A stretch of 64,000 bases of DNA from Sedimentisphaerales bacterium (GCA_963666285.1 OY762711.1), one strand, 5' to 3'. Positions 40,047 through 50,432 are shown, counted from the stretch's first letter. The notes: a model not told the origin generated them from the letters alone. A program made the numbers and translations.

Positions 40047-42065
40047 TTGATGAAACAGTTATTTTTAGTTTTATTATGTGCTTTGGCTTCTCTGGTAAAT
40101 GCCGAGCTTATCGACAATTTTGATAGCTATTCTGCTGGCTCGGAGTTAAATGTTGCCTCTGAAGGTGCCTGGCTCAATAAGGGAGCTTCTTCTGATCAGA
40201 CTGTTCAGGATGATGGTACCGGCAATCTCTTTTACCGTGCCCATAGCAGCAGCGGCAGTTATACTCGCGGTGCAACTATAGATCTTGGTCAAAGTTACAT
40301 TCCAGATGGCACCTCAGCTGTCCTTAGTTTTAGGGTTATGGTTTTGCCAGGTGTCACCTTAGAAGATGTATCCTTTGGATTAACTGACTTGCCTGCCAGT
40401 GAGTCCTTTGATGATGATTGGGGTTCTTTCGGTCCGTATATTGCCTTCAAACAAGGTAATGTAAATGTCCGCATGGCAGATGGTACATTCGTTAGTACAT
40501 ACAATACTACACCGGGCATTTGGTACAATATTCGAATGGTTGTTGATAATGATCTGGATACTTACAGCGTCTTTCTGGATGGTTCAGAGCTAATTGCAGA
40601 TGCACCTTTCCGTAAAAATCCATCTGGTGATATTCTTTCTTTCAAAGTTTTATCTAATAGTAACACAAATACACAATATATTGGTGTCGATGATGTTACT
40701 ATCGGCGGTTATACAGCACATACTCCAACCCCAACAAATCTGCTGCCAGCTGTAGAGCTTGATACCCAGTTAAGCTGGATGGCCCCAGAAGTTCTGAATG
40801 CTACTGGCTACGATGTATATTTTGGCTCCGAACCAAATACCCTTAGCCCCAATTATGATATGGAAAAGATCATCGATAACCAGCTGGTTTTAACTGCTGA
40901 TCCTACTCTTCATTCTGCATTGTTAAGCCTGGATTACAGTACTACATATTACTGGCAGGTTGACGTATATGGTGCTGATACCGAAACTCCAGAATATCTC
41001 GGCGACCTATGGTCATTCACTACTGTCCGTGATGATACTGCTCCATCTGTTATCGATGTCAATAACTACCTTACCTGGATCGACAACCTGCCGCAAACAG
41101 TTAGCTTTGTCGTAGATGACAGAGAAGAGGGCGATGTTGTAGATCTATCCTGGACTATCCTGTCTGGCCCTGGCTATGCTGCCCCGGATGATATGCAGAT
41201 GATAGATCGTGCTGACTATATTACAAATATCCAGGGCGATCCAAATCTTCTCAGAGACTGGATCGGAACCGATTCTCGTGACGCTGATGAAGCTAATTCT
41301 GATGTCCTCACTCTTACCCTCAGCGGTCTGCCTTCTGGTACTTACAATTGGTTGTCATATCATTATGATGCCAATAACCAGGGCACATTCTTTGATGTAG
41401 TTGTTACCGACGCTTCTGGCACAGTAACTACTACCGGCGTTGCCCAGTCCAGCGGCCTTGCCGATCCAAACACATTTACAACTGATATCGTTTCTGATGG
41501 CTCTGATGTAACTCTTGCCTTTATCGGTAGTGATGAAGAGTTTGGCATGTTCGCTATGAACGGTTTCATACTGACAGGTGATGGCGATCCTCTTATGATC
41601 GACTTCAGCCAGAACAGGATCGAGCCGGAACTGCCTTATATCATGAACGGCTACCAGGGCTACCTCGCCGACCATGAAGTCGTCGAAACATTCACTACCC
41701 AGTCTTATTCAGCTTTCGGCACTACAGTATCAATTACTCCATCCTGGGACGCCCCTGGTGCCGTATTAGCATCTACCGGCGGCACATTGTTAGCTCCAAC
41801 TGCTACTCTTTCCGCTACTGACGCTCCTAAAGTAACTGGTATCTATACTATCCAGGCAACTGCCACCGATGGCATTGGCCAGCAAGGTTCAGCTACCTTA
41901 CAGGTCAGAGTTGGTGACGACGCTTGTGCGGCTGCCAAGATCAACGGCGGTACTGTTAACTACTTCGATATTGACAGCAACTGTGTCGTCAATCTTCTGG
42001 ATTTCGCTGCTTTCGCCGGCCAATGGCTCGAAGATATACAGCTAACAGAAACTGTTCTATACTAA
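40047..42065 (+). CDS. Secreted acidic multidomain protein with C-terminal dockerin/EF-hand-like motif
   Basis: Signal peptide; LSW..P...YDVYFG...TTYYWQVD...GDLWSFTT; C-terminal DIDSNCVVNLLDFAAFAGQWL. Confidence 0.8.
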   Translation: MMKQLFLVLLCALASLVNAELIDNFDSYSAGSELNVASEGAWLNKGASSDQTVQDDGTGNLFYRAHSSSGSYTRGATIDLGQSYIPDGTSAVLSFRVMVLPGVTLEDVSFGLTDLPASESFDDDWGSFGPYIAFKQGNVNVRMADGTFVSTYNTTPGIWYNIRMVVDNDLDTYSVFLDGSELIADAPFRKNPSGDILSFKVLSNSNTNTQYIGVDDVTIGGYTAHTPTPTNLLPAVELDTQLSWMAPEVLNATGYDVYFGSEPNTLSPNYDMEKIIDNQLVLTADPTLHSALLSLDYSTTYYWQVDVYGADTETPEYLGDLWSFTTVRDDTAPSVIDVNNYLTWIDNLPQTVSFVVDDREEGDVVDLSWTILSGPGYAAPDDMQMIDRADYITNIQGDPNLLRDWIGTDSRDADEANSDVLTLTLSGLPSGTYNWLSYHYDANNQGTFFDVVVTDASGTVTTTGVAQSSGLADPNTFTTDIVSDGSDVTLAFIGSDEEFGMFAMNGFILTGDGDPLMIDFSQNRIEPELPYIMNGYQGYLADHEVVETFTTQSYSAFGTTVSITPSWDAPGAVLASTGGTLLAPTATLSATDAPKVTGIYTIQATATDGIGQQGSATLQVRVGDDACAAAKINGGTVNYFDIDSNCVVNLLDFAAFAGQWLEDIQLTETVLY

Positions 42066-42091
42066 AAAATTATAGATTACTAATGTTGAAC

Positions 42092-42133
42092 ATACCCTGG
42101 CGGTTAGTCTATTTTCCGTCAGGGTATTTTTTT
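42092..42133 (+). terminator. Rho-independent terminator
   Basis: ATACCCTGGCGG...CCGTCAGGGTAT followed by a T-tract. Confidence 0.8.
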
Positions 42134-42199
42134 CACTTCTTTGGTAACAGGCATTTGTTATCATTTTATCGTGAAATTTCGTGAATCAGTGGTTCACTT

Positions 42200-43120
42200 T
42201 TAAGGCGTAGCCGATTTATAATTAGTCGCGCAGCGACACCTCTTACCTCTTCCCTTTTACCTCTTCCCCCTTCCCTCTCTCTTCTCACTTCTCACTCTTA
42301 CCATTCTTCAGGTGCCGCAATTTTGGCATGAACTTATCTTATGCGACAGCTTTAAAATTAGTTGTGAGCCGTTAGGCGAACACCTCAATTCTTCACTCTT
42401 AGTTCTTCGTTCTTCACTCAATTATCTGGTCCGCCCACAATCCAAAAATAACAACTTACGCCAAATTCCGCAAAATCCCCTGCCCGCCGCACAATTCCCC
42501 AAACCCGCCTCGCACTCATTCTTATATCCCCGCACCCTTCAATTCCATTCCGTTTTTTAACCCATCCTTCACCCAACTAATCTCACTTATAAATCAATTA
42601 GCCTCGCCGCTAGGCGATACCTTCACATCATTGGACTTGGCCAATGATGTGCCCCAGTGCGAAGCACGTATTTATCTTCCTCCTGTTCCACTGTCATCTG
42701 TTCTAATCTCTAACGACCTTCGGTCGTTCGCGTAGCACGTATTTCCTCTTCACTGGCCGCTCGTAGCTCGCTGCTATTTGCCTGTTCTACTATCATCTGT
42801 TCTAATTTTAAACAAACCGTGAGCCGCCAGGCGAACACCTTAATTTTTCACTTTTAATTATTCATTTTTCATTTAGCGTAGCTCGTCGCGTTCCCACGCC
42901 GCTCCCGTCCGTATACCGCCACACCCATTCAACGTTCCGCCGTATACTGTCCGCGGCCCGCAATTCGCCGCCGCTCAAATCCGTTTACCTTTTCACCGCC
43001 GTCCACCCGCCGCATTGCCCCGTATATATGCCGCACTCCCTCCGTCACCCATCAATTAGCCGCGAGCGATAGCGAGCAACCTTCCTTGGCACCTGAAACC
43101 AGATCTCTGGCACCTGATTT
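42200..43120 (+). repeat. Non-coding array of GNA/GNNA-loop mini-hairpins, 7-nt pyrimidine-rich tandem repeats and C-rich blocks
   Basis: GGCGTAGCC, GTCGCGCAGCGAC, GTGCGAAGCAC, GCCGTTAGGC, GCCGCCAGGC; heptamers such as CTCTTAC/CTCTTCC, TTCTTCA, TTTTTCA, TGGCACC. Confidence 0.8.
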
Positions 43121-43680
43121 TCTCGAAAAAATCACCGCGTTTTTACATCCACCAAATCGCGAAAATGTAAAATTTCCAACAATTATATCCCGCTTATCCC
43201 CAACGCCTTACAAACTTCCAAACCAACCATCCCACCTAAAAAATCAGCGCACTTTCGACATACCATCCAATAGTAGAGAGCTAATAAAAAATGAGAACCG
43301 ACAAAAATCAGCTCTCGATAAAACATAACAACGACGAAAACTTCGTCTTAAACATAAACAACGCTCAATAAAAACTTAATATCTGCAACTAATTCGGGCA
43401 ATTCGCCCGCCGTAATTGACATTTCTACCTTTTTGGCAAACCTAACCATACTTTTTTCACTTTCGGGGGCAATAACCACATGGTCGGCCCATACAATTGT
43501 TGCCTTACAGTGTAACCTGGCTCACATACCCTATGTACCAGACCAGTGAGTACATATCCGTTCTGGTTGGAAAATTGCTTTATTTTGCTAAGTTTTTTTC
43601 TTATACTCAGATATGGAAATATAAATTGTTTTTGCCGGGATTCTGGCAGTTCAGAAGAAACGCAACAGAAAGGTTACATA

Positions 43681-45576
43681 ATGGAAAAAATCGTCAAAAA
43701 ATATGCGTTAGCCCTTATTATTACAGTATTTACATTCACCTGCATTGCAAATGCAGAAGATGAAGCCAAATCTTCAGATATGAACCTGGTCGAAAAAGTC
43801 GTCGAAACGCTTTCAGACAGCGTCGATCAGAAACCGGAAGAAACTGTCGAGGAAGAAAAATATACCATCGCTGTTATCACAATGGCAGGCATATGTATTG
43901 ACCGCCCTGACGTTGAGATTATGTCACTGGCAGGCAGTAAAAGCTCTTTCGATATACTCACAATGGCAGAAAGATTCCGCAAAGCCAAAGACGACGAAAA
44001 AATCGATGCTGTTCTGCTTGATTTTAAAGGCCTGGGCATGAACCTCGGCCAGATCACCTACTTCCGCAAACTTATCAAGGAAATCCAGGACGCAGACAAG
44101 CCGGTTTACGCTTATTCCGAATACCTCAGCCAGAGCCAATATCTGCTGGCATCGGCATGTGACCAGGTAATTATTACTCATTCCGGCGAACTCGAGCTTT
44201 ACGGACTGGCAGGCGAAGCTCTTTACTTCAAAGGGGCTATGGATAAAATCGGGCTGGGTGCTGACATGATCAGCGTTGGCCGGTATAAATCTGCCGCAGA
44301 ACAGCTCACCCGCACCGGTCCGAGCAAAGCCGAAATGGAACAAACCGGCGAATTGATGGACTCTTTATTTAATATTATGTCAGGCATGATCAGCGAATCC
44401 AGAAACATGCCGGTTGAGAAAGTTACGGAACTGATAGACAGAGGACCATTCTCACCTAGGGAAGCAATCCAGGAAGATTTGATCGATAAGGTAATGTATC
44501 GAGACGAGTTCATTGCAGAACTTAGCGAAACCAACGGCAGAGTATCACTAAAACTTAACTACGGAGCAGCTCCGGTATATGCAAGTTACGGAGGCGGCGA
44601 TATTTTCTCTATTATGCAGGAAATATTAAAACCAGCCCCAACTTACGAAGAGAAAGGTGACTGTATCGCAGTTGTTTGTATCGATGGCGTTATCGCCTCC
44701 GGCGGCGGAGATTCTTACGATGGAACCGCAACCGGGTCGGAAACTATCCGTAATATTATGAAATACTGCCGTAATAATGAACATATCAAGGGAATTGTAG
44801 TTCGTATCGATTCCCCGGGCGGCAGTGCCATGGCCAGTGATATTATCTACCACTCTATCAAACGAACCGCAAAGGTTAAGCCGCTGGTTGTCAGTATGGG
44901 TTCAGTTGCCGCATCAGGCGGTTACTATACTGCATGCGGCAGCGAAACTATTTTTGCCGATGAATCTACTATTACTGGCTCTATCGGCGTAGTTGGCGGA
45001 AAAGTATATTACGGCGATCTGCTCGATAAAGTGGGGATAAGTCATCACAGCTGGCATCGAGGCCAGAACTCACGGATGCTAAGCTCACTAAAAGCTTTCA
45101 GCCCACTGGAGAAGCAGAAGATAACCAACCAGATGCTGGAAACATACAGTATATTCAAAGAAAGAATACTGGCAACCAGAGCCGGTAAAATTTCTTCTGA
45201 CCTGGAAAACCTGGCTCAAGGCAGGGTTTATACCGGTCAGCAGGCTCTTAAACTCGGGCTCATAGACAAAATCGGAAGCTTTGAAGATGCTATAAGCTAT
45301 ATCGCAAAAGAAATCAAAACCGAAGACTACGATCTTATCTGGCTGCCGAGACCGATGACTTTAATGGAAACACTGGATTCACTTCTAGCTGTCGCAGAAC
45401 CCGCCCAGAATGACCAGGCAAAGAGTAAAATACAAAACAACAAGATTATTGACCTGATCCAGAATAATCTGGGGCCATACGGTAAAGAAATTGCCAATAT
45501 CTACAAGATGATTAGCATAATGGACAGCGAGAAAGTATTGACTGTCATGCCTTACCAGCTTATATTGCAATATTAA
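43681..45576 (+). CDS. sppA: Signal peptide peptidase SppA (long two-domain form)
   Basis: Likely start ATG 43681; GRYKSA; RIDSPGGS; SMGSVAASGGYY; TITGSIGV. Confidence 0.93.
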   Translation: MEKIVKKYALALIITVFTFTCIANAEDEAKSSDMNLVEKVVETLSDSVDQKPEETVEEEKYTIAVITMAGICIDRPDVEIMSLAGSKSSFDILTMAERFRKAKDDEKIDAVLLDFKGLGMNLGQITYFRKLIKEIQDADKPVYAYSEYLSQSQYLLASACDQVIITHSGELELYGLAGEALYFKGAMDKIGLGADMISVGRYKSAAEQLTRTGPSKAEMEQTGELMDSLFNIMSGMISESRNMPVEKVTELIDRGPFSPREAIQEDLIDKVMYRDEFIAELSETNGRVSLKLNYGAAPVYASYGGGDIFSIMQEILKPAPTYEEKGDCIAVVCIDGVIASGGGDSYDGTATGSETIRNIMKYCRNNEHIKGIVVRIDSPGGSAMASDIIYHSIKRTAKVKPLVVSMGSVAASGGYYTACGSETIFADESTITGSIGVVGGKVYYGDLLDKVGISHHSWHRGQNSRMLSSLKAFSPLEKQKITNQMLETYSIFKERILATRAGKISSDLENLAQGRVYTGQQALKLGLIDKIGSFEDAISYIAKEIKTEDYDLIWLPRPMTLMETLDSLLAVAEPAQNDQAKSKIQNNKIIDLIQNNLGPYGKEIANIYKMISIMDSEKVLTVMPYQLILQY

Positions 45577-45650
45577 ACATAAGTGATAAGGATGCCTGTA
45601 ACGAAGCAATAACAATTATATTACAGCAATGAGCTAGACAAAGAATTTAT

Positions 45651-46028
45651 ATGCTAGAAAAGAGTATACACGCAATTGTCAACGAAGACGGCAGATTCCA
45701 CCTGCAGGCAGTACACTTCCTGCGTGAAGGACTGGACTATGCCATTAAAAAATATTACCCGGATTACAGCGGGACCGAGCCAACCCACGTAAGCGGCTAT
45801 CAGCTCTGTATCGGCCTGCGTGAACTTGCGATCAAACGCTGGGGATATATGGCCAGGTTCGTTTTGAACTACTGGAATATAATGACAACTCGTGATTTTG
45901 GCGAAATTGTCTATCTGCTTATCGCACATGAATATATGAGACAGAATGAAAGCGACACAATCGAAGATTTCGATGATGTTTATGATTTCACCGAAGCATT
46001 CGACGGCTCGTTTGATTATAAGAATTAG
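45651..46028 (+). CDS. Conserved PVC-group hypothetical protein (Minf_1886-like)
   Basis: HVSGYQLCIGLRELA..RWG..A..VL..W...TTRDFGEIVY. Confidence 0.75.
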   Translation: MLEKSIHAIVNEDGRFHLQAVHFLREGLDYAIKKYYPDYSGTEPTHVSGYQLCIGLRELAIKRWGYMARFVLNYWNIMTTRDFGEIVYLLIAHEYMRQNESDTIEDFDDVYDFTEAFDGSFDYKN

Positions 46029-46155
46029 TCTGTGATACTTTTTACAAAATGGGAATTTAAGTTCAGAAAGAGTTATATTGGCATTTACGAACCGTGAAAT
46101 CGGATTCGAGAATGCTGATAACCTCTCTTGCTATTAACTTCAAAATTGAAGATAT

Positions 46156-47229
46156 ATGTTTTTACCTTTACATGTTGATGTTCCTGAAGATCGCGCCCCT
46201 TGGGCCAACCGACTTATCTGCCTGGCAATAGTGGTCATTTATATATTAACATCAAAAGATTTCATGAGATGTGACTTTGACCGCTATGAAGAGTGGATGC
46301 TGCACGGTTGGAGATTGAAGGGATTCATTGGCCATATCTGGCTGCATGCAGATTTACTTCACCTGATAGGTAACTTGATTTTTCTATGGTTGTTCGGTAA
46401 TGCCGTATGTGCCAAAGTTGGTAATTTTAGATATCTGGTGTTTTATCTAACAGCCGGTTTTTTCTCGGGGCTTTTTAGCGCCATGCTGGTTGATATCCCA
46501 AGTCTGGGGGCCAGTGGAGCAATCAATGGTATAGTTGGCATGTACCTGGTATTTTTCCCGGCAAACGAAATTGAAGGATATTGGATGTACGGCGGCTACA
46601 TATTCGGCCATAGCGACGACGGAGACCGCTCAACAGTATCCGGTTATTTTATTATTCCGTTCTGGTTTGCACTTGACCTATTTGGCGTTTTTTTCAACCA
46701 TGGAAGCGGAATAGGGTATATCGCTCATGTTGCGGGATTTATAACTGGTTTTACAATTGCTATCCTTCTGCTTGTTACCAAAAATGTTAAAATGGAAAGT
46801 TGTGAAAGATCATTGCTGCACGTGATAAAGCACGGAAAAACTGATAGCGGTCAATTAGAGGTCAGCGAAGACCTGGAAAAAGTTCTTTTGAACCGTGGCG
46901 TTAGAGCTTCCAGCAAGGTAAAAGTAAAAGCAAGCAGCGATACTTCAGAACCGGCACAGATACATCAGCAGATAGTAAAAGGATACACAATTGAAGATGT
47001 ACCCGATACTCCATTTTATGCTATCGACCAGAACGATCCATCACGGGAATCGTGGGTATTTAATGTACCGGACCCAAAATTGACCAACGAAACACTGGTA
47101 CGTAACGGCTTGATCTACTTTAGCTGTGCCTGCGGAAAGCGGGTAAAGATGCCTATGAGCTATGCCGGTAAAAAAGGACGATGCCCGCATTGTAATAATG
47201 TAATACATATTCCTAAATTGAGTGTTTAG
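46156..47229 (+). CDS. Rhomboid intramembrane serine protease with C-terminal Zn ribbon (copy 1)
   Basis: HADLLHLIGN, GASGA, AHVAGF; CACG...CPHC. Confidence 0.92.
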   Translation: MFLPLHVDVPEDRAPWANRLICLAIVVIYILTSKDFMRCDFDRYEEWMLHGWRLKGFIGHIWLHADLLHLIGNLIFLWLFGNAVCAKVGNFRYLVFYLTAGFFSGLFSAMLVDIPSLGASGAINGIVGMYLVFFPANEIEGYWMYGGYIFGHSDDGDRSTVSGYFIIPFWFALDLFGVFFNHGSGIGYIAHVAGFITGFTIAILLLVTKNVKMESCERSLLHVIKHGKTDSGQLEVSEDLEKVLLNRGVRASSKVKVKASSDTSEPAQIHQQIVKGYTIEDVPDTPFYAIDQNDPSRESWVFNVPDPKLTNETLVRNGLIYFSCACGKRVKMPMSYAGKKGRCPHCNNVIHIPKLSV

Positions 47230-47302
47230 GAATTACTTGCGGTGGCACTTATGAAATTTTACTTGGATTATAAGCAAATATATTTAATTTAGAAGGGATT
47301 AA

Positions 47303-48420
47303 ATGTTTTTTCTATTATTACCATATGAAGTTGATACCGCTCAAGACCGCGACCCTTATTTAAACCGGGTTTTGATTGTAATTACCACTACAATGTTTTT
47401 TTGACAATTGGCTATTTAAATTTCTCAGTAGAACAGGCGGTAAATAGCGGACAAAAGTGGATACCTGATAATACATTTCCAGAAAACTTTGTAGCATACG
47501 GCTTCAGACCTTTGGGCCTTATAGGTTCTGCTCTGCTTCATGGCAGTTTCTACCACTTGCTCTGCAATATGATATTCCTATGGCTGTTTGGGAATGCAAT
47601 TTGTTCAAAAATTGGTAATGTGCTGTATATTCCGGTTTATCTATTATTATCTTTTGCCTCATCATATATTGCTTTAACCTTTGATAGCAGGCCCGGAATT
47701 GGGGCCAGCGGAGCAATAAATGGTTTAGTTGGAATGTATCTGGTGTTTTTCCCATTAAATGATATTAGTTGCCTATATTTTGCATATGGTAGATTTAGAA
47801 TCTTTTTTGGCACTTTCTATCTGTCAAGTTTCTGGATGATTCTCTATTAGCTCGCATTTGATATTATCGGGGTATGGCTGACACCTAACAACGGAATCGG
47901 ATACATGGCCCATATTGGAGGTTTTGTTTCGGGTATAGGGCTTGGATTGTTACTGCTGACAACAAAAATAGTTAAGCCTGAAAAATCAGAAAAGTCTTTA
48001 CTTCAGATATTAGATTTTAGAGAAAAACAAGAACCGAAACTTGAAATTAGTAGTGAACTCGCAGAAATGGTAAAAAACAAAGGGGTATGCTTAAAGAAAT
48101 ATGCTGTGCTTGACAATCATAACAGCAAAGGTAAAGAAAAAGAAATTTCACTATATAAACGAAACACCACTTCTAAAGATGATGATATTGACACAAAACC
48201 AGAAACTTTATTCACAATATTTAATATGAAAAACAATCCTGATGATTCAATAAATAATAAAACATTATCAAGAATCAAAAATATCAGGCTGAAGGAAAAA
48301 AATATATATTTCAGCTGTGAATGTGGTAAAAAAATAAAAATGCCGGTAAAATTTGCCGGTAAAAAAGGACGATGCCCGCAGTGTAATAATGTGATACATA
48401 TCCCTAAATTGAGTGTTTAG
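47303..48420 (+). pseudogene. Rhomboid protease copy 2, disrupted by a frameshift (T7 at 47396-47402) and an in-frame TAG (47848-47850)
   Basis: ATG 47303 gives MFFLLLPYEVDTAQDRDP, like the paralogs; needs one more T to join the 47401 frame; TAG sits where the paralogs have Trp; frame continues to 48420. Confidence 0.85.
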
Positions 48421-48582
48421 GTGGAGATAGAGATAAGGGGACGGAATAAGGTCGCCGTATTCTTATACTATGGGATTTTCAATAAAAAAGCTATTTTGTA
48501 ACTTTTCATGGTAAACAGTGTATAAATATATGTGATGTTAGACGGCCAATAATAAGTTCCAAATTAAAGAAGGGAAATAATT

Positions 48583-49602
48583 ATGTTTCTACCACTGCAT
48601 GTAGATGTGCCGGAGATAAGAAAACCTTGGGCAAACTGGATTTTTTGTGCAGCAATAGTAGTCATATTCTTCCTAACATGCAAAATTACCTACAATTTTG
48701 ATTTCTCGTTTATATTCGATCAAAAACGCTTTGGTCACCTTATGCTCCAAGAATGGAACGTCAAACAAATAATGGCAAGCATGTGGCTTCACGCAAGCCC
48801 CACACATCTAATCGGTAATCTACTGTTTCTTTGGCTGTTTGGCAATGCTGTCTGTACAAAAGTAGGAAATATCAAATATATTGTCATATATCTTGGCTGC
48901 GGGATAATTTCCGGCATGCTATGCTGTACAACATACAAATCACCATGCCTGGGGGCCAGCGCAGCAATTAACGGTATCATCGGTATGTATCTCGTATTTT
49001 ATCCAGTAAATGAAATAGAAGGCTATTGGCTGCTGGGATACTGGTACCATAGAAACGCCAGTACAAATACAGTTCCGGGATACTTTATCGTACCATTATG
49101 GTTCGCCTTTGACTTGTTTGGTGCAATCTTTTATCGTAATGCAGGCATTGGTTACCTGGCCCATATCGCAGGATTTCTAACTGGCTTATCAATCGCTCTA
49201 ATCTTGTTAGCGACCAGACTGGTAAAAATGGAACGCGATGAAATATCATTGCCCAAATTTTTGAGATATGGTGATTCAGGCAGCCCGCAAATAGAAGTCA
49301 ATGAAGATATAGAAAAATTATTATTAAACAGAGGCAGACGGTTACCAGGAAAATATGCAGTAACAAGTCAAAATACTCAAACTGTAAAATCTGAACAAAA
49401 AAGCCAAAAACATGTAAGAAAAGATCGCAACCCAGTAAGTCATAATGCTACTAAAAAAAATAAAAAAATTGTACAGGATGGACTTATACACTTAAAGTGC
49501 ATCTGCGGCAAACATGTAAAAATCTCAGTTGAAAACGAAGGAAAGAAATGCAGATGCCCACGGTGTAATATAACTATAAATGTACCTAGAATTTATCAAT
49601 AG
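48583..49602 (+). CDS. Rhomboid protease with C-terminal Zn ribbon (copy 3)
   Basis: HASPTHLIGN, GASAA, AHIAGF; CICG...CPRC. Confidence 0.9.
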   Translation: MFLPLHVDVPEIRKPWANWIFCAAIVVIFFLTCKITYNFDFSFIFDQKRFGHLMLQEWNVKQIMASMWLHASPTHLIGNLLFLWLFGNAVCTKVGNIKYIVIYLGCGIISGMLCCTTYKSPCLGASAAINGIIGMYLVFYPVNEIEGYWLLGYWYHRNASTNTVPGYFIVPLWFAFDLFGAIFYRNAGIGYLAHIAGFLTGLSIALILLATRLVKMERDEISLPKFLRYGDSGSPQIEVNEDIEKLLLNRGRRLPGKYAVTSQNTQTVKSEQKSQKHVRKDRNPVSHNATKKNKKIVQDGLIHLKCICGKHVKISVENEGKKCRCPRCNITINVPRIYQ

Positions 49603-49642
49603 GTGTCATGTCCGATGCAATTTTCTTGTAACAATCTGCCAA

Positions 49643-50416
49643 TCAATACCTGACCCATCGAAGAGTGAGGCCGTTGGCCGGAGCGCGATTGCCGGAGGCA
49701 GCGCGTTCTTTGGCAGCAAGAATACCGGGAATACAATCAACCGGCTTTTTACCGCGACCGATATCTATCAGCAGCCCTACCATATTGCGGACCATATTGT
49801 GCAGAAAGCCTGTACCTTCGACATCGAAATAGATCATATGGTGCTTGCGCCAGACATCACAGCGAAGAACGGTGCGTACCGTATTTTTCTTATCACAGAT
49901 AGAATTTGCCAGAGATCGGAAATCATGCTCTCCAACGAGGTATTCGGAGGCCTGCTGCATAAGCTCGACATCACAATCAGCCGGCATATAATAAGCAAAA
50001 CGATCACAGCCGGGAGTTCTCAACCGCTGATTATAAACTGTATAGCGATATAATTTGCTACGGGCAGAACTATTGGAATCGAAATCGTCACTAACCTGCT
50101 CTGAAGAAAGCACACGGATAAACTGCCCATCCGGCAACTGGTTCAGTTCCGCATTTATCACTATCCCATGACGTTGCGGCGGGATAATGCTGTCAGTAAA
50201 ATAATTCACAACCTGGGCATCGGCATGGACACCGGCATCGGTACGACCGGAAGCCCGCAAATCGACATTATGCCTGACAATCTTTTCGACAATCCCTTCC
50301 AGAACACCCTGGATAGTAGGTAAATCCGGGCGATTGGCCTGAGTCTGCCAGCCATGATAATCAGTGCCATCATAGCTAACGACAAGTTTAATATTTTTTG
50401 ATTCGGTTTCTGTCAC
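49643..50416 (-). CDS. truA: tRNA pseudouridine(38-40) synthase
   Basis: YDGTDYHGWQ; SGRTDAGVHA; FLHNMVR; APANGL. Confidence 0.97.
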   Translation of the reverse strand: MTETESKNIKLVVSYDGTDYHGWQTQANRPDLPTIQGVLEGIVEKIVRHNVDLRASGRTDAGVHADAQVVNYFTDSIIPPQRHGIVINAELNQLPDGQFIRVLSSEQVSDDFDSNSSARSKLYRYTVYNQRLRTPGCDRFAYYMPADCDVELMQQASEYLVGEHDFRSLANSICDKKNTVRTVLRCDVWRKHHMIYFDVEGTGFLHNMVRNMVGLLIDIGRGKKPVDCIPGILAAKERAASGNRAPANGLTLRWVRY

Positions 50417-50432
50417 ACTAATATTATAAATT

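Noticed and set aside
42200..43120. CRISPR array
   Set aside because: No constant-length identical repeats or regular spacers, and no cas genes
42312..43328. ORFs 42312..42560 and 43086..43328
   Set aside because: They are translations of low-complexity repeat DNA with no RBS or recognisable protein features
47848..47850. Pyrrolysine or amber recoding in rhomboid copy 2
   Set aside because: The position is Trp (TGG) in the paralogs, a second frameshift lesion exists, and TAG is used as a normal stop in many genes here
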